DNA of 64,000 nt. Source: Candidatus Aphodosoma sp. Lineage in GTDB: Bacteria; Bacteroidota; Bacteroidia; Bacteroidales; Paludibacteraceae. Made by a program: the position numbers and the translations under genes. The notes below the pieces were generated by a model. That model was not told the DNA's origin. It saw only the letters and a list, made by a program, of their open reading frames with translations, and made no database searches. The stretch is taken from contig JAZRYS010000168.1 of the NCBI GenBank assembly GCA_045600865.1, positions 1,556-65,555 of the forward strand. Reading direction: 5' to 3'. This document shows, one piece after another, positions 56,110 to 64,000 of the stretch (within the stretch, counting starts at the first letter, position 1; the number at the start of each line of letters is the position of its first letter).

Positions 56110-57897
56110 ATGGTTAATTACTTAGATCTCCCTTCGTCACCCGGTGTATATAAGTTCTTCAATGCCGACGATAAAATTATATATGTCGGTAAAGCGAAGA
56201 ACCTGAAGCGTAGGGTCTCTTCATATTTCACCAAAACACATGATTCGCCTAAGACAAATATCCTTGTTTCGCATATCAAAAGATTGGAATATATTTGTGT
56301 CGATACTGAGGCGGATGCCCTGTTGCTGGAAAATAATATTATTAAGAAATACCAGCCCCGGTATAACATACTGCTGAAGGATGGCAAGACTTATCCTTGG
56401 CTTTGCATTACTAAGGAAGATTACCCAAGAGTTTTCAAGACAAGGGTTGTAAGCCGTGGAGCAGATTATTTTGGTCCATATCCAAGCACCTACACTCTTG
56501 ATTTACTACTGACGCTTATTCAGGATATTTTTCCTGTGAGAACTTGTAGACTGCCTATTAACGAAAAGTCTGTGGACGATAACAGATATAAAGAGTGCCT
56601 GCAATATCATATTCATCGATGCAATGCTCCTTGTGTAGGCCGTCAGTCGAAGGCGGATTACAACCGAATGATTGACCAAATAAGGGATATTGCAAAAGGC
56701 AATTCTCATTTGGTGACAGACTATCTTCTCAAACAAATGCACGAATTAAGCGAGCAGCTGAAATTTGAAGAAGCACAGGTTCTGAAACGACAATACGATG
56801 CAATAGTCAATTATCAATCGAAAACTGTTATAACAACAACTTCCGATTCGGACATTGACGTGTTTGGTTATGACGAGGACGATGCAAGTGCGTTTATAAA
56901 TATCCTGAGAATAAATAATGGTTCGGTCGTTCAGGGATATACTATCGAATATAAAAAAACACTTGAAGATGAAACCAGAGAGGAGATATTGTCTTTAGCT
57001 ATAGTTGAACTCAGGGATAAATTCAAGAGTGTCTCTTCTGTAGCCATAGTGCCTTTTCTTCCGGATACAGATATAAAAGGTGTTGATTTCATCGTTCCCC
57101 AGCGTGGCGATAAACATACACTTTTGCAGTTGTCGCAGAGAAATGTTGCTCAATACAGAGTTGACAAATACAAACAGGCAGAACGTTTGAATCCTGAACA
57201 GCGACAGGTGCGGCTGCTTACTGAAGTGCAGAAGAAGCTGCATCTCGAAACACTGCCTCGTACTATCGACTGTTTCGATAACTCAAATATATCTGGCACT
57301 GATGCTGTGGCAGCGTGCGTGGTCTTCAAGATGGGTAAACCATCGAAGAATGACTATAGAAAATATATAATAAAAACTGTTGTAGGTTCTGACGACTATG
57401 CCTCCATGGCAGAGGTGGTGAGACGTCGTTATAGTAGATTTATTGATGAATCCATCGCTCTTCCAGACCTTATCCTGACAGATGGAGGAAAAGGGCAGAT
57501 GGAGGTAGTAAGGAAAGTTGTTGAAGACGAACTTCATCTCAAGATACCAATAGCAGGTATGGCCAAGAATGAGCATCACAGAACAAACGAGATACTTATC
57601 GGAACCCCGCCAATCGTCGTTGGAATGGGCCTAAAAGATGAAGTTTTCCAGTTCTTCACAAGAATACAGGACGAGGTACATCGCTTTGCAATCTCTTTCC
57701 ATCGCGACAAAAGGTCAAAGAGCCAGACCCAATCGGAACTTGATACTATTCCTGGTATAGGAAAAGTGACGAAACAGGCTCTTTTACAGCACTTTAAGTC
57801 GTTAAAAAGAATTAAACAGGCTGATATTCAAGAACTTATACAAGTTATAGGCAAATCAAAGGCAAACATTATAAAGAATTATTATAATAAAGTATGA
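56110..57897 (+). CDS. uvrC: Excinuclease ABC subunit C
   Basis: GIY-YIG motif (PGVYKFFNADDKIIYVGKAKNLKRRVSSYF), a UVR domain and a C-terminal HhH. The start is moved to the ATG at 56110. Confidence 0.9.
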   Translation: MVNYLDLPSSPGVYKFFNADDKIIYVGKAKNLKRRVSSYFTKTHDSPKTNILVSHIKRLEYICVDTEADALLLENNIIKKYQPRYNILLKDGKTYPWLCITKEDYPRVFKTRVVSRGADYFGPYPSTYTLDLLLTLIQDIFPVRTCRLPINEKSVDDNRYKECLQYHIHRCNAPCVGRQSKADYNRMIDQIRDIAKGNSHLVTDYLLKQMHELSEQLKFEEAQVLKRQYDAIVNYQSKTVITTTSDSDIDVFGYDEDDASAFINILRINNGSVVQGYTIEYKKTLEDETREEILSLAIVELRDKFKSVSSVAIVPFLPDTDIKGVDFIVPQRGDKHTLLQLSQRNVAQYRVDKYKQAERLNPEQRQVRLLTEVQKKLHLETLPRTIDCFDNSNISGTDAVAACVVFKMGKPSKNDYRKYIIKTVVGSDDYASMAEVVRRRYSRFIDESIALPDLILTDGGKGQMEVVRKVVEDELHLKIPIAGMAKNEHHRTNEILIGTPPIVVGMGLKDEVFQFFTRIQDEVHRFAISFHRDKRSKSQTQSELDTIPGIGKVTKQALLQHFKSLKRIKQADIQELIQVIGKSKANIIKNYYNKV

Positions 57898-59225
57898 ATT
57901 TTTCTAAGGCTTATTGGACGGTGAACTTTGCCGAAATGCTGGAACGCACGGCATATTATGGTATTTTCATCGCAATTACTTTCTATCTGTCAAACCTTCT
58001 TGGCTTTTCGGATATTGAAGCAGGTATTATTTCCGGTCTCTTTTCTGCTACCACCTATTTTCTTCAGATGTTTTCGGGTGCGTATGCCGACAGGCTGGGT
58101 TATCGCAAGTCGTTGCTGCTTGCATTTGGGTTGATGCCTATTGCCTATTTTTCGCTTGGCATACTACCCTACCTTTATCGTGACTTCGGTGAAATCTACC
58201 GTTGGCTGATAGTTCCGGTAATGCTGATTCTTGTTTTTACAGGTTCTATAACCAAGAGTATCATACGTGCTTCTGTTGCACGTGAAACAACCACCGAAAC
58301 TCGTGCCAAAGGATATTCAATATTCTATATGATAGTGAATATTGGTGCATTCAGTGGAAAATCAATAATCGACCCACTCAGAAGCTTTACGGGTCAGAAT
58401 GCCTACATTTACGTTAATTTCATATCTGCAGGTCTTTGTCTGTTAGCCTTCATAACAACATATTTCTTGTATGATTCTGTTCATACAGCAGGCGAGGGGA
58501 AATCGTTCAAGGAGATTGGTCAAGGAATGGCGAAATTATTCACTAAACCTCGATTGATTGTGCTTATTCTGATAGCTGCAGGCTTCTGGACTATCCAGCA
58601 GCAGTTGTATGCCTCAATGCCGAAATATGTAGTCCGTATGGTTGGCGAATCTGCAAAGCCAGGTTGGATTGCAAATGTAAATCCGCTGGTTGTGGTTTTG
58701 TTGGTCAATGTCGTCACTTCTTTCATGAAGAAACGTTCTGCTCTCACCTCCATATTCATCGGTATATTGCTTGTTCCTGTTGCTGCCCTGATAATGTCAA
58801 CAGGTACGTTTTTAGGTGATCAGCCAATACTCGGTTTGCATCCTGTAACTCTGATGTTGGTTATTGGAATCATGTTGCAGGGATTGTGCGAGTGTTTCAT
58901 AACTCCTCGTTATCTTGAGTATTTCTCGTATCATGCGCCTAAAGGTGAGGAAGGTCTCTATTTGGGTTTCAGCCAGATGGATTCTTTCTTTGCATCACTG
59001 ATAGGCTTTTTCATGTCGGGATTCCTGCTCGACAGATATTGCCCTGACCCTGCCAAGTTTGCTACACACCAAGAGTGGCTTGCTGCCTCGGCACATGCAC
59101 ATTATATCTGGTATTATTTTGCTGCTGTTGGTTTGGTGGCTGCTCTTACACTTGTCATTTTCAGTTTTGTAACCAAGAGAATTGACGCTAAGAAAGAATT
59201 AGAGAAAACAATGGAAAAACAATGA
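57894..59225 (+). CDS. MFS transporter of the POT/PTR (di-/tripeptide:proton symporter) type
   Basis: FAEMLERTAYYG fits the ExxER(F)xYYG POT motif. About 12 TM segments. The ATG overlaps the uvrC stop (ATGA). Confidence 0.7.
   Translation: MNFSKAYWTVNFAEMLERTAYYGIFIAITFYLSNLLGFSDIEAGIISGLFSATTYFLQMFSGAYADRLGYRKSLLLAFGLMPIAYFSLGILPYLYRDFGEIYRWLIVPVMLILVFTGSITKSIIRASVARETTTETRAKGYSIFYMIVNIGAFSGKSIIDPLRSFTGQNAYIYVNFISAGLCLLAFITTYFLYDSVHTAGEGKSFKEIGQGMAKLFTKPRLIVLILIAAGFWTIQQQLYASMPKYVVRMVGESAKPGWIANVNPLVVVLLVNVVTSFMKKRSALTSIFIGILLVPVAALIMSTGTFLGDQPILGLHPVTLMLVIGIMLQGLCECFITPRYLEYFSYHAPKGEEGLYLGFSQMDSFFASLIGFFMSGFLLDRYCPDPAKFATHQEWLAASAHAHYIWYYFAAVGLVAALTLVIFSFVTKRIDAKKELEKTMEKQ
58275..58290. 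promoter_or_regulatory. Intragenic parS-consensus site TGTTGCACGTGAAACA
   Basis: Exact match to TGTTNCACGTGAAACA. It lies inside the POT transporter CDS, 2.2 kb from the palindrome pair. Confidence 0.5.
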
Positions 59226-60145
59226 AAATTCTCCATTCCACCGACATATTGACAGAACCTGCAATTGCCACCATAGGTTTTTTTGACGGAGTACACCTGG
59301 GACATGAATATCTGTTGAGGGATTTGAAGTCTGAGGCCAGATGCAGAGGTTTGAAAACCCTTGTCGTGACTTTCTCGAACCACCCAAGGCTGCTTTTCAA
59401 TCCAGATTGCGGGTTGAAATTTCTTACCCTTACTGACGAAAAACTCCATTTAATCGAACTTTCGTACATAGATTATTGTCTGGTACTGCCTTTTACATTC
59501 GAACTTGCACATCTGACATCACGCGATTTCATGAAGAAATTGCATGATTCTTTTGCTGTCAAGAGCATATTGGTTGGTTATGACCATCATTTTGGTTCAG
59601 ACAGAGAGTCAGGCTTCGATGAATACGTCAATTTTGGTAGAGAGATTGGGATAGAACTCCTCAGATGTGGTGCTTTTAGTGTGAAGGAGATAAATGTTTC
59701 CTCAACTAGGGCAAGAAAAGCTCTTGAAGATGGGAATGTTGAACTTGCCACTACCCTTCTCGGTTATCCTTACAGGATTCATGGAAAGGTTGTGCATGGC
59801 CATCAGGTAGGACGTACTATCGGTTTTCCAACAGCTAATCTCGAAATTCCTGTACAGAAGATATTGCCCAAATGTGGAGCCTATATAGTGACAGTAGCAA
59901 CACCTGACGGCAAGGAGTACGAGGGGCTTCTAAACATCGGTCACCGCCCTACTCTCGACAATGGAAAACTCTCTGTCGAGGTCTATATTGACAACTTCGA
60001 AGGCAATCTTTACGACTCTCTGCTCCAGTTGCAATTGCTACGTTTCATAAGACCTGAGCAGAAATTTGACTCTATTGACCTGCTAAAAGAGCAGTTACAA
60101 TCTGATTTACAATTACTTAAAAAACTTACAAAAAAAACTGACTAA
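59222..60145 (+). CDS. ribF: Bifunctional riboflavin kinase / FMN adenylyltransferase
   Basis: IGFFDGVHLGH, GYDHHFG and the C-terminal kinase motif G..VGRTIGFPTANL. The ATG overlaps the upstream stop (ATGA). Confidence 0.9.
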   Translation: MKILHSTDILTEPAIATIGFFDGVHLGHEYLLRDLKSEARCRGLKTLVVTFSNHPRLLFNPDCGLKFLTLTDEKLHLIELSYIDYCLVLPFTFELAHLTSRDFMKKLHDSFAVKSILVGYDHHFGSDRESGFDEYVNFGREIGIELLRCGAFSVKEINVSSTRARKALEDGNVELATTLLGYPYRIHGKVVHGHQVGRTIGFPTANLEIPVQKILPKCGAYIVTVATPDGKEYEGLLNIGHRPTLDNGKLSVEVYIDNFEGNLYDSLLQLQLLRFIRPEQKFDSIDLLKEQLQSDLQLLKKLTKKTD

Positions 60146-60172
60146 TCTGTTTCATAGGTCAGGAATTCTTTG

Positions 60173-60180
60173 TACCTTTG
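60173..60180 (+). promoter_or_regulatory. -7 promoter box TACCTTTG for the tRNA cluster
   Basis: Matches TAnnTTTG, 33 nt upstream of tRNA-Gly. Confidence 0.55.
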
Positions 60181-60212
60181 CATTCGTTTTTAGGACATAC
60201 TGTTAAAGAATT

Positions 60213-60285
60213 GCGGAAATAGCTCAGTTGGTAGAGCACAACCTTGCCAAGGTTGGGGTCGCGGGTTCGAGTCCCGTTTTCCGCT
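60213..60285 (+). tRNA. tRNA-Gly (anticodon GCC)
   Basis: Cloverleaf read by eye. Acceptor GCGGAAA/TTTCCGC. Anticodon arm CAACC-TTGCCAA-GGTTG. T arm GCGGG-TTCGAGT-CCCGT. No encoded CCA. Confidence 0.9.
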
Positions 60286-60317
60286 CTTTTTTTGTATCTG
60301 TTCTGAACGTATTGGTC

Positions 60318-60402
60318 GCCCGAATGGTGGAATCGGTAGACACGAAGGACTTAAAATCCTTTGGCCATTGCGGCTGTGCGGGTTCAAGTCCCGCTTCGGG
60401 TA
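60318..60402 (+). tRNA. tRNA-Leu (anticodon TAA)
   Basis: Acceptor GCCCGAA/TTCGGGT. Anticodon arm AAGGA-CTTAAAA-TCCTT. Long variable arm. T arm GCGGG-TTCAAGT-CCCGC. Confidence 0.9.
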
Positions 60403-60413
60403 CTCTTTTTTTT

Positions 60414-60486
60414 GCGGAAGTAGCTCAGTTGGCAGAGCACAACCTTCCCAAGGTTGGGGTCGCGGGTTCGAGCCCCGTTTTCCGCT
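60414..60486 (+). tRNA. tRNA-Gly (anticodon CCC)
   Basis: Acceptor GCGGAAG/TTTCCGC. Anticodon arm CAACC-TTCCCAA-GGTTG. T arm GCGGG-TTCGAGC-CCCGT. Confidence 0.9.
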
Positions 60487-60495
60487 CGATACTGT

Positions 60496-60527
60496 GAGAT
60501 TTTCCGTAATTCGGGAAATCTCTTTTT
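60496..60527 (+). terminator. Intrinsic terminator of the tRNA cluster
   Basis: gagattttccg (60496-60506) pairs with cgggaaatctc (60512-60522), including one G-U pair. The loop is taatt. It is followed by TTTTT (60523-60527). Confidence 0.7.
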
Positions 60528-60555
60528 GCATAGTGTGAACTTAGATGAGTTATAT

Positions 60556-61581
60556 ATGCAGCGATGTCTTCAACTCGCCTTGCGGGCTGAAGGTTTGACG
60601 TCACCTAATCCTATGGTTGGGGCATTGCTCGTTGCGGATGACAGGATAATAGCTGAAGGGTATCATCATCGTGCAGGTTTGCCTCATGCTGAGCCCAATG
60701 CAATCAATCAGGTCACTGACCCTGAGTTGCTTAAAAGGTCAACGCTATATGTCTCGCTTGAACCTTGCTCGCATTATGGAAAGACACCTCCATGCTGTGA
60801 ACTTATCATCCGGAAAGGAATCCCAAAGGTTGTAGTGGCAACTCTTGATCCGAATCCGCTTGTTGCCGGTAGAGGAGTGCGTATGCTTCAGCAGGCAGGA
60901 GTAGAGGTTGTTGTTGGTGTGTTGCAGAAAGAGGCACAGCATCTCAATCGTAGGTTCTTTACATACCAGTTGCATCATCGTCCGTATGTTATATTGAAAT
61001 GGGCACAGACTGCCGATGGATTCATTGATTATGCAAGAACAGAGAAGGGTAGTGGACCTCTGAAAATAAGCAACGCCATTACTAAAACCCTCAATCATCA
61101 GATGCGCACCACTGAGGATGCAATAATGGTGGCAACAAATACGGCAATTCTTGACGATCCTCATCTGACTGTTACCAAATGGAGCGGTAAGAATCCTTTG
61201 AGGGTCTTGCTTGACAGAACTTTGAGAGTGCCTGTCGGGTCAAGAATATTTGACGATGCGGCAAAAACACTCGTTTTCACCGAGCAATCGGCAAATTGTG
61301 AATTGCGGATATGTAAGCCAAACATAGAATATTGCCAGATAGATTTCAGTGCTGACATTGTCAGCCAGGTCTTGAATGCTTTATACGAGCGGAAAATACT
61401 TTCAGTCATCATCGAGGGAGGTTCCCGGTGGTTGCAGACGGTTATTGACTCAGGTTTGTGGGACGAGGCGCATGTCGAGACTGGCAGAATGTTTGCAAAA
61501 GAGGGTGTAATGGCGCCAGGAATTAAACTTATGGCGCAGCCGGGAGTCCAAATCCTGTATAACCCTCATACAAATGATTAG
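60556..61581 (+). CDS. ribD: Bifunctional riboflavin biosynthesis protein RibD (deaminase/reductase)
   Basis: Deaminase Zn motifs HAEPNAI and PCSHYGKTPPCC, plus the reductase half. The start is moved to the ATG at 60556, because the longer ORF runs into tRNA-Gly and the terminator. Confidence 0.88.
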   Translation: MQRCLQLALRAEGLTSPNPMVGALLVADDRIIAEGYHHRAGLPHAEPNAINQVTDPELLKRSTLYVSLEPCSHYGKTPPCCELIIRKGIPKVVVATLDPNPLVAGRGVRMLQQAGVEVVVGVLQKEAQHLNRRFFTYQLHHRPYVILKWAQTADGFIDYARTEKGSGPLKISNAITKTLNHQMRTTEDAIMVATNTAILDDPHLTVTKWSGKNPLRVLLDRTLRVPVGSRIFDDAAKTLVFTEQSANCELRICKPNIEYCQIDFSADIVSQVLNALYERKILSVIIEGGSRWLQTVIDSGLWDEAHVETGRMFAKEGVMAPGIKLMAQPGVQILYNPHTND

Positions 61582-61584
61582 AAA

Positions 61585-63027
61585 ATGGTTTGGTCGATAA
61601 TATATTATACCATTGCAGTGGCATACGCTATCTTTGCCGCCTTTCTGTCGGTAGTGATAGTCATGGAAAACCGTAATCCAGTCCGTACTTTGGCTTGGAT
61701 ACTGTTGCTTATTGCCTTGCCAATCGTTGGTGCCGTAATATATCTTTTCCTGGGACGTGACATCCGTACTTCTATCTTGCTGCCAAAGCGTCTGAAACCA
61801 CTTGAGGATTACTCCACTATAAACGAGCAGACATTACATGAGCATAATGTACCAGTCAATTTCCATAAACTCATCCGTTTGCTGGACAATAACCAGCATT
61901 CCAGGTTATATACAGACAATAAGGTAGAGGTCTATGGAACAGGCAAGGAGATTTTCGAGACCCTGTTTGCCGACCTCGAAACAGCAACGACCTCCATTCA
62001 TATCGAGTTTTATATAATAGAGGAGGGTACTGTCGGAAATCAGTTGCACGACATTTTGGTGCGCAAGGCAGAGCAAGGAGTTCAGGTCAGGGTGCTTTAT
62101 GATGCCATTGGGGCAATGCATCTCCCGATAGAATGGCGAAATTCTCTCAAATCTGCAGGAGTAAAGATTGCACCTTTCCTTTCTGCCAATTCCTTGTCTG
62201 GTTTAAAATATGTGAATTACAGGAACCATCGCAAGCTGGTGATAATTGACGGTTCCATCGGTTATACGGGTGGAATTAACATTGCTGACCGTTACAGATT
62301 GGGTAATCATCTCGGTCTGTGGCGTGATACTTTTGTAAAGATAATGGGCCCGGCCGTCGAGTCTTTGCAGCATGCTTTCCTCATTGACTGGAATTTTGCC
62401 AATATCAAGGAGTTCCTGCCTCTTCCGGAATATGTAGCACCATGCGAACCTAAGGAAGGCGATGAAATGGCTGGAAATGACCAGTTGATACAACTTATTA
62501 CCTCTGGTCCTGATTCTTACTGGCCACATATACTGAATGGAATACTTTCGGCAATTAACAATGCCCGTGAGTGCATTTACATTCATACTCCATATTTCAT
62601 ACCGCCAGAGACACTCAGGTTAGCTTTGGAATCTGCTGCACTCTCAGGTGTTGATGTCAGGCTTATGATGGCGGAACAGAGTGATTCCATCGTAGTTTCG
62701 ACAGCCTCACGCAGTTATATTGAGCCATTGCTCAGGGCAGGAGTGAAGGTCTATTTCTACCGTCAGAATTTTCTTCATTCTAAGGCTGTCGTGATAGACA
62801 ATTACCTGTCGATAATAGGCACCGCGAATATGGACATACGTTCTTTTGAACAGAATTTCGAGGTTGCAACCTTTATTTATGGCCAATCTACCGCTGAAAA
62901 GCTTACCAAAAACTTCCTGCAAGACGAGAAATCCTGTCGCCAGCTCAACATGCAATCCTGGCGTCAGAGAACCATGGCACGAAGGATGTACGAATCGTTC
63001 GCAAGACTGCTCTCGCCACTTTTCTGA
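61585..63027 (+). CDS. cls: Cardiolipin synthase
   Basis: Two N-terminal TM segments and two HKD motifs (HRKLVIIDG, HSKAVVIDN). Confidence 0.88.
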   Translation: MVWSIIYYTIAVAYAIFAAFLSVVIVMENRNPVRTLAWILLLIALPIVGAVIYLFLGRDIRTSILLPKRLKPLEDYSTINEQTLHEHNVPVNFHKLIRLLDNNQHSRLYTDNKVEVYGTGKEIFETLFADLETATTSIHIEFYIIEEGTVGNQLHDILVRKAEQGVQVRVLYDAIGAMHLPIEWRNSLKSAGVKIAPFLSANSLSGLKYVNYRNHRKLVIIDGSIGYTGGINIADRYRLGNHLGLWRDTFVKIMGPAVESLQHAFLIDWNFANIKEFLPLPEYVAPCEPKEGDEMAGNDQLIQLITSGPDSYWPHILNGILSAINNARECIYIHTPYFIPPETLRLALESAALSGVDVRLMMAEQSDSIVVSTASRSYIEPLLRAGVKVYFYRQNFLHSKAVVIDNYLSIIGTANMDIRSFEQNFEVATFIYGQSTAEKLTKNFLQDEKSCRQLNMQSWRQRTMARRMYESFARLLSPLF

Positions 63028-63053
63028 TATGCAAACAAATAACTTACAATATT

Positions 63054-64000
63054 ATGGCAAACTTTATCAACTCGCATCACACCAGCACTGAGTTTTCAGA
63101 CTTGGCAAATGTGAAACCGGCGGATGTCATCCGCACATACGGCATGATTCACAAGGTCCGTGTCACAAAATGGGGAGGTTTCCTTATCATCCGCAAGGCT
63201 AACGGACTATTGCAGACAGTCATGCAGAATGACAATATGCAGATTGTTGACGAAAAAGGCAACGCTGCAGCAGTCAACGACCTCTCTCGCGAGATGGCAG
63301 TAATTGTTGAAGGAACAGTCAACGAGGCTAAAATCAAGGACCCTGCAATGGCATACAACAACTTCGAGGTAGCCATCCAGAAGATACAGATAATCTCCCG
63401 TCCTTCGACAACAGAGGTTATCGACGTCAACGCTCTCAAGTTCGGTGACGAGGAGAGCCTCCTGCGCTTCAAGTTCGACAACCGCCATGTGACATTGCGT
63501 AACCCACGCGACATGGCAATCCTGAGAATACAGAGCGGCATCAGCCAGGGTTTTGCTGAATATCTCCGCAGCCAGGGCTTCACCCAGATTTTCACTCCGA
63601 AGATTGTTTCCGAAGGTGCAGAGGGTGGTGCAAATGTCTTCAAGATGGACTATTTCGGCAAGCAGGTCTATCTTGCACAGTCGCCACAGTTCTACAAACA
63701 GATTGGCGTAGGAGCATACGAGCGCGTGTTTGAGATTGCTCCTGCATATCGTGCCGAGAAACATGCGACATCCCGTCACCTCAACGAGTTCATCTCGCTT
63801 GATGTCGAGATGGGCTTTATCCGTGGCCAGGAAGATGTCATGGAACTTGAGATGAACCTTATCCGCCATATCATGGCATATCTGCAGCAGAATTTCGCTC
63901 ACGAGCTTGAGCTGCTCAATGCTGAGTTGCCACAGATATCAGAGCAGATTCCTGCCTACAGGCTGAGCGAGTGCCATGAGTTGCTTTGGAATGAGCATCT
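63054..64000 (+). CDS. aspS: Aspartate--tRNA ligase, archaeal/eukaryotic-like class IIb type (3' end outside the window)
   Basis: The frame is open from the ATG at 63054 to the window end and is not in the ORF track because it has no stop. It has an OB-fold N-terminus, LAQSPQFYKQ and YRAEKHATSRHLNEFISLDVEM. An AsnRS-like or non-discriminating enzyme cannot be excluded. Confidence 0.8.
   Translation, partial: MANFINSHHTSTEFSDLANVKPADVIRTYGMIHKVRVTKWGGFLIIRKANGLLQTVMQNDNMQIVDEKGNAAAVNDLSREMAVIVEGTVNEAKIKDPAMAYNNFEVAIQKIQIISRPSTTEVIDVNALKFGDEESLLRFKFDNRHVTLRNPRDMAILRIQSGISQGFAEYLRSQGFTQIFTPKIVSEGAEGGANVFKMDYFGKQVYLAQSPQFYKQIGVGAYERVFEIAPAYRAEKHATSRHLNEFISLDVEMGFIRGQEDVMELEMNLIRHIMAYLQQNFAHELELLNAELPQISEQIPAYRLSECHELLWNEH

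Noticed and set aside
60190-60531. ORFs of 113 aa (minus strand) and 89 aa (plus strand), and the 5' extension of the ribD ORF from 60454.
   Set aside because: They are composed of the three tRNA genes and their terminator. The repeated GSSPVFRS and GSNPRPQPW peptides are just translated T-arms. ribD more plausibly starts at the ATG at 60556.
63149-63902. Minus-strand ORFs of 164 and 231 aa at the right end of the window.
   Set aside because: They are antisense to the open aspS-like frame (63054 to the window end), which carries class II aaRS motifs. That frame was missing from the ORF track only because its stop lies outside the window.

Overview
The window looks like a Bacteroidota chromosome (Bacteroidales, Prevotella-like). 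Evidence for this is the recurring TAnnTTTG -7 promoter box, many T9SS C-terminal sorting domains, and the uppS-bamA-skp-murI and parAB-DUF5683-like-mltD-like neighbourhoods. All product calls come from motifs read by eye; no database search was run.

Most of the window is core housekeeping:
- Plus strand, first block: parA, parB, hpt, adk, obg, topA.
- Minus strand: recX, prmC, dnaN, gyrB, murI, two skp/ompH genes, bamA, uppS, metG, recG.
- Plus strand, last block: mnmG, uvrC, ribF, a tRNA-Gly/Leu/Gly cluster, ribD, cls, and the start of aspS.

The window is probably origin-proximal:
- ParAB is present together with three sequences that fit the parS consensus. Two are perfect 22-bp palindromes between mnmG and uvrC.
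- A ~420-bp spacer of about 20% GC lies upstream of mnmG at a point where gene orientation diverges.
- A cluster of DnaA-box-like repeats lies upstream of gyrB-dnaN.

The less ordinary part is 19-36 kb:
- A T9SS repeat protein paired with a beta-barrel protein.
- A frameshifted AlbA_2/Schlafen-type regulator gene.
- An AT-rich operon of three lipoproteins, two with PEGA-like domains.
- Three tandem M6-type metalloprotease paralogues plus a stand-alone copy of their N-terminal module. These are fused by ATGA overlaps to the conserved envelope-biogenesis gene string.

The most interesting unexplained DNA is the ORF-free 1.1 kb at 26.1-27.3 kb. It holds two near-identical orphan promoters, seven TTCGCT hexamers phased at exactly 11 bp (three forward, four reverse), and a ~190-bp imperfect palindrome. 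That palindrome is built from a ~90-nt element that also occurs at 432-520. An 18-bp repeat also recurs 5 kb away at the other edge of the AT-rich segment.

Two intercistronic arrays of 9-bp units containing TCTAGA (3048-3080 and 39369-39430) are also unexplained. I found no CRISPR array, rRNA gene, intact mobile element or recognisable defence system.
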